Both the position numbers and the translations under genes were made by a program. A DNA stretch of 57,229 bases from Perkinsus chesapeaki ATCC PRA-425. Lineage: Eukaryota; Protista; Perkinsozoa. The stretch is taken from positions 1 through 57,229 of the forward strand of contig JAAPAO010000180.1 in the NCBI GenBank assembly GCA_013115145.1. Direction: 5' to 3'. The notes beneath the pieces are model-generated. The model made no database searches. It was not told where the DNA came from and was given only the letters and a program-made list of their open reading frames with translations. This document shows, one piece after another, positions 1 to 12,600 of this stretch (position 1 is the first letter of the stretch; each line of letters starts with the position of its first letter).

Positions 1-374
1 ATTGTCTGCGCAGATACACTATTAGTCACAGTATTAATACAATGTACAGGCGACATAGCAATTTTGCTTGCAACATGGTAGCACTTCTTCTCCTTCTTCT
101 TCATCATCTTTACTACCACTACTACATCGCCAATTCGGATGAAACCAGCTACATTTCAGATGCTCACCACGTGGATTTACTAAATCAATATCTTCACGAT
201 AAACCTAGAAAGATTCCAAATCATTTCGATCAATAATCCTTCCCGGTGCGGTCGTACTGGAACTCCACGAATCCTGAATTTGTGTGGTCCTAGGTCATGT
301 TCATCATAAAGATCCCTCGAAGGTCGAATGATTGCCTTCCATAATGCATTGTATTCGGGTAAAATCATAATCAA
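1..374 (-). CDS. alpha/beta hydrolase family protein, N-terminal part (runs off window)
   Basis: YNALWKAIIRPSRDLYDEHDLGPHKF, then after a GTACGA..CTAG intron VYREDIDLVNPRGEHLKCSWF; typical N-terminus of a protist ABHD-type hydrolase family. Confidence 0.65.
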
Positions 375-823
375 CCAATAACAACACTATTTCAATTCAA
401 ATCTTCTTATTTTTCCTGTGGCGTAGCGACATTCTCAGGGCGAGCGAGACATGGGGTCCGCGTCGAAATTATTAATATTACAGTCACAACTGTCACAGTC
501 ATAGTATACCATCGTGTCATGTATATATTATTGACATGCCATTAAATAAGAACATCATCATCATCTGCCTATCGCTACTATTCAACAACAGGGCCGCCGT
601 TGTAACGCACTCCCGCGATCCATGTAGCAGTGTGATGATCGTTAGGACTCGTAAACACAAGATTGTTATTATCGACTTGCATCATTATGAATGTAGTGAA
701 TGATTATAATATTACGGATCACAAGTGATAAGAAGGCTAATAGCAGTATCAACATGACCTGCTAATTCATCACGAGTTTTAGTCATTTGTATATCATCCA
801 GGAAGGAGGATAGCTTATCAACA

Positions 824-3026
824 TCAGTAGTCGGTAGTCTCCGGCACAGGAACTAACAAGTGACATAAACTTGCCTCCATCTTATTCCCAGTACATGTTG
901 AATTGACATAAGTATAGCTCCAAGCGCTCGCCTGTTTGCTGTTACTTCTGAGTCCTCCTGTCTTAAGGCATCTCGACACTCTCTCAACGTTTGTAATGTT
1001 GATGCTTCCTTCTACACCACACTTCACGGTGCCACTTTTTACCTATTCTACAACTTACCAGACAACTCAGGTGCCAAAATGCCTCTCCTTGAGCGTCAAG
1101 TTCCGCAATCCGCGCTTTAACCTTAGATTCCAGATCTTCAATACCTGCTAGCTTCCTCTTCTTCTTACCGAGTAGTGTACTAAGTATCAATCACCACAAA
1201 GTTGCCAATCTACCCCACTATCTCACTCTTCTTCAATCCCAAAATATTCAGCATCTTCGTGTCCTCCTACGCTATTGCGTGTTGGACGTCGCCTACTGGT
1301 TGCTGCTATTTTTGGGGATATCGACATAGGAACTGATATCAAAAGCAGCATTGCTGCTGCTGCTGCAGTGTCATGATCTCCTACCAGCGGCCGAGCTATC
1401 GGACAATCTTCGATTAACAGGCGGTGTTCGTCCAACACTATTGCTGCTCCTACGAACCCTCTTCCTCCCCTTTGGATACTTCACACTAGTAGTAATAACC
1501 CTTGTGGGATAAGATGGTCGAGTAGTAAGGTAACTGCTGGATTCACCTCAGTTTAAAAGAGAACGTATCCTTCTCCTACCCATTGCTTGATATTGTTGTC
1601 GTTGCTGAGGACATTCTACTACCCCTGTTCAGTGTAGTAGGGGTACCCTCCGGTGACACTAACAAAGAGTAACTCATTCATCATCTTAAGTTCAACAACA
1701 ACAACAACTCACCACCTCTTAGACGTTTAACATTATCAACTGGAGATATTGTTATTTGATCCAGCGGTAAAGGTACGGTTATTATTGAATGACTCGCTTC
1801 CTTAGTTCTTCTGTCATTTTGGTAGTGACATGCATCGATACGAGAGAAGACTGCCTTAAAAGGGACAGTCGTCACAACAATGAAGGCAGCAGCAACAACA
1901 CCACCACCTCAACGAGCCAATCAATTAGTAACTTTCTGGATCCTCTTACTTCTTGCCTGCTACCGTACTCGATCCTAATAAAGATCACTACAAGTAGCAG
2001 ATCTACCTCAGTAGTATGCGGCGGTAGTATCGATGATGCCCTCCGCTTAACTACCTCAAGTTGTCTAAATCTATGCAATCCAATTTAACCTGTTCCTTGC
2101 TGGCAGCGTCATTTAGGAAAAGCTCTTTCTTCCTTATCGAGTCTAAGAGCCCTTCATCCACCTACCGAGGAACAGCTACTACAAAATAACTCCGAAAACG
2201 AGAGACCAACAACTCTTTACGGAGAAATGAACAACTGAATGAGACCTCAATCGAATGTGACTGAGGGGATCGATCTAGCACGAGAATTAGGGTGCAAATT
2301 CATACCCTCCCGGACCGACTTCTTCTCTGCCTTTGTTTGATATGTTCTTAATTGTTTCAGCAATGAGTCCATTCAGCATTGGTACAATGGATTTACGTAT
2401 TGTCATAAGAGTTGATATTATCTAAGTACAATATTACACAACGCCATTCACTCTTGGTCCCGGCTGGCTACTTGAGGATGTCTGGAGAAGCTCCGACATT
2501 TACCTTCTAGTGCATCGATCTCTGACGTAGCTATCGGTATTATTAAATCACAACCATTACCACCTGATACATGACCACGCTGATCATGCCGCCCAACTCC
2601 TCAGCGCCTCAACTTACCTTTCTTAACTTCAGCTACTTCAGTTACACGAATAGTTGGACAACTCTTTCGACTACCTCCGTTTGGATCACCACTGAGGTTA
2701 CCAAACGGTGGTCGGGGCGTCGAAAAGCTAACCGTTGGTAGAGTCCTCTTTCGAAGTGTTTGCACACAATGTAAAGGAGGATGAGGACGAGCCTATAATC
2801 AAATATTGCTGCTAGTAACCAACACTTATACCTCTCTTGTAACATTTGGGGTGAAGTCAGTGTCGTCTTCCAGTCTTCTCTTTCTGGACGAACTCTCACT
2901 ACAAGTACCGGGAGTCTCACCAGCTGGCGTCGAATTGCGGTGCAACAGACCACTTAATCGACGGAACAACGATAACATTTTTACAAAAATATATGACAGA
3001 AGACCGAGGAGTACACTGGACGTCAT
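824..3026 (-). CDS. multi-exon hypothetical protein (may be more than one gene)
   Basis: Series of minus-strand ORF pieces bounded by GT/AG (RKRRLEDDTDF..., KKKRKLAGIEDLESKVKARIAELDAQGEAFWHL); no family recognised. Confidence 0.35.
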
Positions 3027-3176
3027 CTAACCCCCAAACTTTGAAAACCTATCTTATGTTTGGATGAGACTTTATCTTTACCACCGCCAGACACTAAAAC
3101 AAATACAGTGTTCTCTAGACGTACGTTACTGGTTATCAATCGTCCTTTCGGATATATAATAGACGATGCTTAGATT

Positions 3177-3214
<38 letters not shown>

Positions 3215-3238
3215 TGAGGTGAATGTGATGATGATGAT
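3177..3238. repeat. (ATG/GAT)n microsatellite
   Basis: about 12 perfect tga/gat units followed by a degenerate tail. Confidence 0.9.
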
Positions 3239-3578
3239 AACTGGCTTTAGCCAGAATGCATATTAATTACATTAGAATGACCTGAAAAAGACATCTATGA
3301 TGATGATCCATGGTTGCAACACATTCTTAATAAACGAGTAAGAGGACCTGCATGACTAAGTTGCAGTGTAATATGCGAATATGGTATGTACTTCCACTCT
3401 TTCACTCAAACGGACAGGTTGTTCTGGCGGTGACAACTATCGAAGAGAAAACTCACCAAGAAAGCAGATCGAGGTTTCGCATTGCTTTGCTTAGTTCTTC
3501 TGCTTGGAGCATTCAGACTTGGATGAATCTGAGGTTAAAGGTAGAAAAAGCAAGAGTGCTAATTGACTAGAAGCAAAT

Positions 3579-3650
3579 GGTTCTATGGTGTAACGGTTAG
3601 CACTCCAGACTCTGAATCTGGCGATCTGGGTTCAAATCCCGGTAGAACCT
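3579..3650 (+). tRNA. trnQ-CTG: tRNA-Gln (CTG)
   Basis: GGTTCTA..TAGAACC acceptor stem, CCAGA-CTCTGAA-TCTGG anticodon arm, GGTTCAAATCC T-loop, followed by TTTT. Confidence 0.95.
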
Positions 3651-3699
3651 TTTCCGGAAATTCCCAGCGCAAGATTCACAATTTTTCGTGAACTCGCAG

Positions 3700-4867
3700 G
3701 AAACCGTGAATTCTTACTCTCTGTTCTGGAGGGTGGATGATCTGGTGGGACTGTAGCCAAATGTACATCTTCAATATCGATTCGATGTTGAATGTAGCAG
3801 TTGAACTCTCTAAACAATACAAAGATGATTTTATAAGACAAGTTAACCAGGGAAATATTCACACTCATCATCAACCTGCTTGGACTTCATCAAATCCATC
3901 CACTACGAATAAGCACACAATTAACAAGTGTACCGCATCTGCAGTTGACTGCTAGAGTTGTGGCTTATACCCGAAACCTTCCCTCTAGACATTCCCTCGA
4001 TATAAACTATGTAATATGCGTTGGAAATGCTGCAAGACTGCAATTTGTTCCTTATAATGGTCCCACTCTAAGCAGTTGACTACACACATACGAGCGCAGT
4101 CCGCTCTGCCAAGTGGTCTACATTTAATATACCATAAATGAATATCACCATTCATGCATACTTACTTCCTCCGTCTCTCTTCTGTTTCTACTTTCCGAGA
4201 TCTCTCTGTCTGCTGTAGTTGATGAGACATATCCCATTGCCTGCAAATATTAATTACTCATAAGTTCAACTAGTAGAGTATCATCACTTTCTACGATCCA
4301 TTTCATGCTCCCAAGCTGCAAGGCATCTTTTATCCCACTCAAGTTGAGCTTCGTCAACCTTCTGTCGTCCTATAACAAGCACCATACCATCCGAGTTCGA
4401 TCCCTGCATCCGGTACATTACTTTTATTTTCACTTTCAATCAGAGCCTGTAAATGAGCAGCTGCAACAGACGAAGGATCCATTTGAGGTGTTATATAAAC
4501 TGATGGTTGAGTGGATTCTGAAAAAAGTGAAATACCCTCCCTGGGGTTCGAACCTTCGACCTCCTCCATTGCCCCTGCCTTTACCTTCTTTCATTGGTGT
4601 ATCCACATCAGTTATCCTTTTCGCAGTTTGCCTTCCCTGTGTATGCCTTACTTTATTCGGACTACATGGCATCGGAGCAGTTGCCGCGCTAGTGCTGCTG
4701 CTCCCACCAGATGATCCAAACATAATCGGTGGGATGTGGAACTCTCCACACGGTCCCATTCTGAAGAATCCGAGGTCGAAGCAAGTAAGATACAAAATAG
4801 GTTGGACTGACCCATAACGGTCAGTATCCCTGTGCCTAAATAAATAGTCTTGTTGCATCATTTGCAT
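3700..4867 (-). CDS. multi-exon hypothetical coiled-coil-rich protein
   Basis: Frame is continuous across short introns: ..TPMKE|ESTQPSV..ESENK|RRQKVDEAQLEWDKRCLAAWEHEMDRRK|QWDMSHQLQQTERSRK; ends approximate. Confidence 0.5.
4390..4417 (+). repeat. tRNA 3'-half-like element, antisense in intron 4370-4421
   Basis: ATCCGAGTTCGATCCCTGCATCCGGTACA. Confidence 0.7.
4533..4561 (-). repeat. tRNA 3'-half-like element, sense in intron
   Basis: rc GGTCGAAGGTTCGAACCCCAGGGAGGGTA followed by TTTCACTTTTTTCAG acceptor. Confidence 0.75.
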
Positions 4868-5399
4868 CCTCTTCTCCTTCTCTCTTTTACGAACTTCTCG
4901 CTTATATAACCTAAAATATAACCTTTATCATCAACACTCTTCTCTCCTCGTTCCCAACACCGTCACAGTCGATTATACTATTCAACCCTACCGACCCTCC
5001 CTCTCCCTGTAGCCCTAGTAAACTTTAGAGCCTCGTTTATGGGTTGTGATACCTCTGCCAATCCTTCTGACGTGCCTCTTTAGCCTTTTCAACTGCTAAT
5101 GTCATCGCAGAGGCATTCACAGACCGATCTACTATTGACAAGTCGATTACATCCACTGGTCGAGCAGTCATTATAAGGTATAATATTATTACCAGCAACG
5201 CATTAATTGACTACTTAACGATTGAACAACAATAATACTATGGTAACAACAGCAACATCATCATCATGTATAATACGCTAAGTTCTCAATACTGCTAATC
5301 GACCAAACAACTGCTTCAATGTTAATCGGGTTTATGCTCATGACTGCCCTAAATCAAAAGACCCTTCGAAAAAACTGCGAATAAACGGCAGTTACTTCG

Positions 5400-6290
5400 C
5401 TCTTATGATGCTGGTGATGGTGATGGGTCGTGCTCTTAGTCTGACCCACTTCGTATCTTGCGTGGTCAAGTTCAGGATTCTCTTCGGCTTTATTGGCTCC
5501 CTTACGAGGTTTCTCTTCCTCCGCGGTCTGAATAAGAATATAAGTATCTTCTAGTGCGTCGCGGAGCTACCAAGGATTCTCACCTTTTGAAATCGACTAT
5601 AAGGATCATGCTGCAATTCTGGTAACTTAGGCTGTTCCTTACTATCTACAAACGCGTACGTTTCAAAAACCTCCACAGTGCGCAAAGATACCTTCTTCCC
5701 GAGTGTGGTCCTTCTTCCAGATCGGTCGACCTTTAATCGACTTAAGATATTCCTTCGCTCGTTTGTGGACTGAACTTCGCCGATTACCTCTTCGACGATT
5801 ATACCACATCACAATAAGACTGAGTGGGACAGCAATATCATCTATGTTATATACCGAGTAGACATGCTTTCGGCAGGGGCGGCGGTGGTCAAATGAGACT
5901 GGTTTGATTTTTGTAAATCGAATAATTTACTATCATTCAGACAATAGGCACTTTAGTAGTGTCAATAGGGGTAATGAGAATTTTGCGCTGACGTCGGCAA
6001 GGTTTCATCCTCCTTTATAAATTTGCATTATTTTGGCAGATTTACTACCTCGATATTAAGCATCGGTACCAACTACATATTTGACGGTAATCGATATGAG
6101 AAAAGAGCGGTATGAAAAAACTCACCTCAAAGAGAAACTAATAAACCCTAATATTCCCCAAGTTATTATGATGATGCTCCAAGATGGTACCAAATGTAAG
6201 AAGAGTACCTGCGCACTATAAAGAATATCTTTGGAAGATACCCTTACGTGAGATGAACGGGATGAACCTGTCGCCGATCTAAGATACATT
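5400..6290 (-). CDS. hypothetical membrane protein exons
   Basis: Exon-like pieces including hydrophobic LVPSWSIIIITWGILGFISFSLR; may be the 5' part of the 3700-4867 gene. Confidence 0.25.
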
Positions 6291-6843
6291 ATGGTTAATT
6301 AAAAGCGACATTATTACAACTGAAAATGCAGGACTGTTGAATTGTTAATATTAATATGTTGTTAATATTGTTAATATGTTGAACATATTATTAATATTAA
6401 CCAATTAAGATATAGGCACCTTGTCCGAAGATTTCGAAGTAATCGATTAGATGGGCGAGCGCTTATTTTCGTGGCGCATCTTTGAACCTGAAGTTAAGCC
6501 AAAATTGTCACGGTACTGTTTCTTCAGTGCCGTATTTCGAAAGCTACGGCCAGAAACCTACCTACGGACTAGCTCGTCTTCGCCACTGTTAATGGTTCGT
6601 AGTTTTCTGAGTCAAGTTTTTGCGGTACTTGGTGTTTGAGGACTTAGTATGCCACAGTTGGCTAGTGATCATATAGGCAATTGCAGTATTATAACTATCA
6701 TTGGTATTATCAACAATAGGCTTGAAGCAATGGGAGAATACGGTTTGTTACTGAACCATACATGTTCCTTTACGGTTTGAGTATAGGCCTATCTCATAGT
6801 AAATTCTTATTGCCGTAGTAGTGGATTTGATAGTCGCCAACAG

Positions 6844-9083
6844 ATGTCTATAGTTGATAATGCTAACCCATTAGTGTACTCAACTGACTCAGAGGTTGAA
6901 GATATACTATATGGGCTTACATTAGATGACATTGATAAATGGGATAATACTGATGAACAATTAGATGAACCAATGACATCAGCAGAGGTAATATGGAAGG
7001 GTTACAAATGATCGAACAAACTATATTATTAAACATAGTACAATATATTCGATATTATTATATACAAATTGATATATTATTATAATTAATTGGTCGAATT
7101 CCACTCAAGCAGGAGATAATAGGAAGCAACTTACGCATTAATCGACACTGCAGAACTTCACACTGAGTTGGATTCACTCATTCCAGGAAGTCTTGTTCGG
7201 TTTTGGCACCGACCCCCTTCTACTTGTTTGCTTTTACCATCTTATAAACCGCATGCAGTAGCCAGAAGGTGTGCCATTGCACCCATGAAAATTGATCAAT
7301 CGTTTATTATTATGAGTAAATTAGACAACGCATTTGGAATGACGTTGGAGAATTCGGGCTTTCATTTACATAATTTATTCCGGTAATTATATGATTACAG
7401 TTTAGAGACCAAAGTTCTCCAAGTATGATTGCGTTTTCCCCGTTCCCTCGGTGATATGCATATTGTCCACTTCCTGATTAATAATAAAGCTCCTCTCGAT
7501 AGATGTATTCAAAACACGTTTATTACTTATAAATGTTAGCAAGCACTGGAATGTAGCATGTAGAACCCGAGCAACAATTTTACAATATATATGTATATGA
7601 TTAATATATGTATATACTTGTGAACGCAATTAAGGGTGTCTCGAAACCAGACTGTTGAAAGCTTAAAGTCATCGACAATAATAATGCATTCCTTTTGCTG
7701 TAGTCGGCAATGCAGATGGAAGTTCACCCTAAAACCGCACCGAATTATAACATCGCTCCCAGTGACACGCTGAAGCTGATTATTAGTGGTGTTCTGCTCA
7801 ATCGCAGCTAATCCGAATCTCACCGAACCTTCTTTCAGCTGATAACTACTGTTCACGAGGTTTTGAAACAGTATTGAGCCCGGATTACCTTCAATAGGAC
7901 GATTGTTGATCTCACAAAATTCAATACTATTCCCCATTATGTTGGTGAAATACGACAGCTGACCCATATATCGGCAGTTTGCGGCTTTCTCTCTCCGCAT
8001 AGTCATTCAAGTGAGCATTATTAACCCATCAGGTCTTTGAGATCATTCGAGGCTTGCGTGATCCAGAGCATCCAACATTATCATTGGAGCAATTAAGGGT
8101 AGTTACTGCAGATCAGGTAGTAATAAAGTAGATATTCTTGCGCGCCGCGAAAAACAACAATAATGCAGCGCCTAATTTACCATCTTGCTCGAGTCATTAC
8201 GGTTTTCAAAATCTATGCTATTATAAGATGGGGGTTATTGATAATATTTTAGATATCAGTGACGAAAGGATCTGATGGAATAACGCGGATAGATGTCGAA
8301 TTCACTCCAACGGTAATATGGATATCGATTACATGATCGATTTGGTCCTCAATGTAGATACCAACGTGTTCAGTCGCCACTTTAATTGGCTTAACTATCC
8401 GAACGAAATTGCAAAAATGCATCTGTGCGGCAAATGGAGATATTAAGATAAACGTAAATATTAAAGAAGGTATTATGGGTCATGCGTCACGCGCCACAAA
8501 ATTATCGCGTTATTCGGCTCGTCTATCGAACTTTGGCAAGACTGGTGCTGAGCTCATTTTTGAATTCCCATTTGATGGACACAAGTCTCGTGGAAGCAGT
8601 TGTAGAATCGGTTGGCTTCCAAAGCCAGTTGGTTGCTAACCAAATGGATGGCTATCTTACCACATATGTTCGAAAGTGTTAAATTGTAGAGATTATCACG
8701 GATAGGCCGATGTTGATGGTATATTATAGAATTAGAGGGTGAAGCAGAGGTTGGGTGGAGACAGAGAAGCAATTATTCGGTCAGGCCATCTAGCTTCCCG
8801 CTATATGTTAATAAAATAGCCCATCCAGGGATGGAACCTGAGACCGGTTTGATTATTAACCATGATTTAGGCACACATGACCAGGAGCAACAAGTTAATA
8901 AACAATTAAATGATAAAGAAAGATGTCAAGCCGCAATAGAAAACCCCAATCTACAGAAGGTAATATATTGAAATCTGAATACCACTTGCATTTTCTCAAC
9001 GTGAAATTCAGGTTATTCGACAAGGCATATTTGACAGTGACCCTCCTTTACCTTCGGAACTGCAGCTTATTCCTGTGGGTTGA
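6844..9083 (+). CDS. CIAO2B: MIP18/FAM96B family cytosolic Fe-S assembly component (CIA2)
   Basis: MSIVDNANPLVY..|VFEIIRGLRDPEHPTLSLEQLRVV..|VEFTPT|IPTCSVATLIGLTIRTKL..|GTHDQEQQVNKQLNDKERCQAAIENPNLQK|VIRQ..*. Confidence 0.9.
8817..8845 (-). repeat. tRNA 3'-half-like element, antisense in MIP18 intron
   Basis: rc GGTCTCAGGTTCCATCCCTGGATGGGCTA + TTTT. Confidence 0.7.
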
Positions 9084-9156
9084 AAGGCGGAGCGAAGCTG
9101 TAACTTAAGCACATTTTCAACTTGTCTTCAAGGTGCTTGAGTTTTAACTGTTAAAT

Positions 9157-9185
9157 GCATTCACGGGGAATCGAACCTGCGACCT
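9157..9185 (-). repeat. tRNA 3'-half-like element downstream of MIP18 stop
   Basis: rc AGGTCGCAGGTTCGATTCCCCGTGAATGCA + TTT. Confidence 0.7.
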
Positions 9186-9602
9186 GTTGAGGAGATAGAT
9201 TGAACTATAAGTTCTACTGGTACATGTGAGCGAGGTTTTTGTATGCTTTATGATAAAGCGGGCGACATTCGGATCGAGTACGAGCTCGCTTTTAGGGGAG
9301 GATGAGCCACTTAAAAGAAGGTAGGTGGTGAAGTGTTATTTACTGATCGACACTTTATGCGGTTTGAAAGGCTACAATATTGCACTACTACTACCACCAC
9401 AGTAGAGTGATAACCTCATCTAGCGCTTTTTAAGTATACCAAATATCCACATTGGCTACATTTAATGTGTATATGCTGTGTAATGATTGTAATGATCGAG
9501 TTCTGAGGCAGGATAAGACTCCATATTTTCCACAGCTAGCTCATTGAGGTTAATTATGGCGTGATGTATGAATCGTTATTTATAATTGTATTTTTCAGAG
9601 CA

Positions 9603-12600
9603 ATGAGCCTATCAATAGTTGATGAAGACTTTGATGTCTATGATAGTAATCCTTATCATCATCCGCTCGGAAAGAGACGTAAGTGGCGGACTCGTCGTTG
9701 TATTAGCCCACCGCTTATTTCGGAACTATCCCAGCATTTTGGCGCAAGGTGATTTACTGTGTAGTGATGATCGTGATGATGATGCTATATAGATATATTC
9801 TCAATAGTAATTCCGATACACAATGGTCAGTGGTAGGTTAGAATAAGTTGAACATGCTAGCACTTCGCTATACAAATAAGCACCTGGTTGTACACTTACG
9901 ATGTTGTGTATAACACATATCTTAAACAGTTTGCTAATATATATGTTTTTGACGCATCAATAAGTTGTGGAGAAATAGCGTTGAGGAAGAATGCTGGTAC
10001 ATCTGTTAAGTATCTTAACGAAGGTACTTCCCAATTTATAACCTATTTTGCTGTAATAGATATCAACTTACCTACACGTTCCTTTTACAGTAGCATTAGT
10101 GGATCGTTTTTTTTGGTTAGACCCTGATAGACGTGTCCGCAGACTCTCCAGTGTATCGCTGTCGAGGCTCATGACTTGCCCAATATCACAAGTCTTTGTT
10201 GTTACTCAAGATGTAAGGTGACGGGCATAGGGATTGAACCGGGGACTGCGGACCTTACAATATGCGGACCTTAACGTCTAAGCTATTCCGCCTTTGCTAG
10301 GAATTGGGGCACGGAGCGACAGCGACGGTTCGAAAAGTCATTCATAAAAGAACAGGAGAAGAGTGAGTTCCATCACCAATTCTGCGGCGCGTGCCACTTG
10401 GCTTGGTAATCTCAGGTTTGCGCTGAAGTCTCTACCGAAAAGGGACCTCACGCCTTTGCAGAAAAAGATATTATTGAACGAAGTTGAAATATTCCTGTCA
10501 GTGGATCATCCAAATATTTGCCGATTAGCTTACGTATTCGAAGCCCCTAGCATGGTGACCTTACCGGGAATCGAACCAGGGACCTCTCAATTACCAGATT
10601 TCGTAGGTACATTTAGTAATGGAACTATGCAGAGGTCCAGACTTACATACAATGATCCATCAAAGGTCGATGGTTCGATCCTCGGTTGTAGCATTTTATC
10701 AATAGGTTCAATTCTGGGCGTCATTTTAATGAGTTAGAGGTAGCCGACATCATAGCACAAGTGCTGTATGCTATCAATTACCTTCATACGTCTAACATAG
10801 TAAGGTCGTGGGTTCGATCCCTGGTGAAGGTATTATTAGGTTCATCGGGACATCAAACCTAGCCACTTTATTTTCACTTGTGGATGTCCCGTTGTCACCG
10901 GTAAGTTGGCGTCAATGCATATTGGATAAAAAATGATTGATAGTGTCTCTACTGGGAATCGAACCTGCGGTATTTGTCAGATGCCGCTCATGTTTATGAG
11001 TGCCCCGATCGTCGACTTAAACTATTTGACTTTGGCCTGGCCCGTCGAATTGGTTCCAGCAAATTTATTGGAGTAATGTCTTGACCAGGATTCGAACCTG
11101 AGTGTTTGGATTCCAAATCTTCAGGGCGGAACCTTGTCGTATATGGCACCTGAATGTTTGGAGGTTGAATGGGAGTCACGTAAACCTATACAAAGAAGAG
11201 TTAGTGTTTTTGGAGATGATGATCTGGATGAACAGTTAAGGAGTGGAAAAGATTCAGAGTAGGTTGGCCGCAGGCTGATGGGTATATTGACTTCAATGCT
11301 GAATTGAGAAGTTGATACTAAACTCAACATTTAATTTGATAACTCCTGCTTGAACGAAGGCATCCATAAACGACTTTAACGTGCTGCTGCATTCGGAAAC
11401 GAAGTAGCAATATTTATGTCATTGGATCTGTGTGGCTTCTTCCTCTTGCTCAGGTGTCTCATAATGCTGCCATTGTATGAGTTCTAAGACTCGGATTTCG
11501 TTATAACTATTCATCTTCGAGGTCCCCTCGAATGGGCTGTATGAGGCTGCTGTTTCCGCTTTAGTTACGAAAATAACATATTTCCGTAAATAAGGGTCAA
11601 ACATGTTTTTCACCACTGCGTGGTGCGATTTTACTGACTTAAAATAATTAAAATCGCACCACGCAGTTCTGAACCTTGGTCTTTAACTAATTCAGTGGAT
11701 GTGATAGTTGAATTTTTTGATGTCTTTGACAATACTGTTCGTATCTCTTTCATCTCGGGAACAGTTTTTTGTATCAGAGCTCCAACGGCAACTGAGTTGG
11801 ATGAAAAAGCAGCAAAATGCGACATATGGGGTGTTGGTGTTATTTGTTATCTCTTATTGACGGGCAAGATGCCATTTGAGTCGCCAAACGTCGGGGATGT
11901 TCTCAGAGAAATGAGGAAGATCGATCGAGGGAGAAGCCGTGCTAAGTCAGCAATATCGATCACGTGATCGATTTGGATATTGTCACAGCAGGTTTCTGAG
12001 CGATGATCGAGTTACTCATATATCAGAGCTCGCTCAGTCATTTCTGGGAGGTTGTCTGCAAGTCCGACCCTCCGAACGCTTCACCGCTCGACAAGCACTT
12101 GATCATCCATGGCTGACAGACATGCTTAAATCAGGTGAAAGAGAGGCAGCACAAAATGCAGGTTAGTGTATTCTATTGGCTAATCCTTTCTCTGTTGAAT
12201 TTATTTGAAGCTTATGAGGTAACAAGTATCGTCACGTATTCTCTTCGATAGCGACCAATTTTATAAGTATTAATAGAACGGCCTTCAGCTTTACAAGATA
12301 TAACTCTCCAGTGAACAGTTTTATATATAAATATTAAACGGATCCTTTAACGAGTATAGTTTAGCGAGTGGTTCGATAAACATAACCAAGAATACGGACA
12401 TAGTTCCAATACGGACTCATATCAATAAGTTGAAACTTATTGTTAGACTATACCTCAAAAGGTTACCGTCTTCAGTTTCGGAAGTTTTGCCGTGGAATGT
12501 GATTGAGAGTATGAGAAGGTATGCTGTAGCGAGTTCATTGAGGAAGGCCGCCTTAAACATGGTGGCATCGGGGCTTACATCGAGAGAAGTGCGTAATCGA

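Noticed and set aside
4305-4817. 170-aa plus-strand ORF and many other 60-150-aa ORFs in the track
   Set aside because: Antisense or off-frame shadows of spliced genes on the other strand or frame.
6250-6285. GDRFIP resembling the Cdc20/Cdh1 C-box
   Set aside because: No WD40 repeats downstream; neighbouring exons look like a membrane protein.
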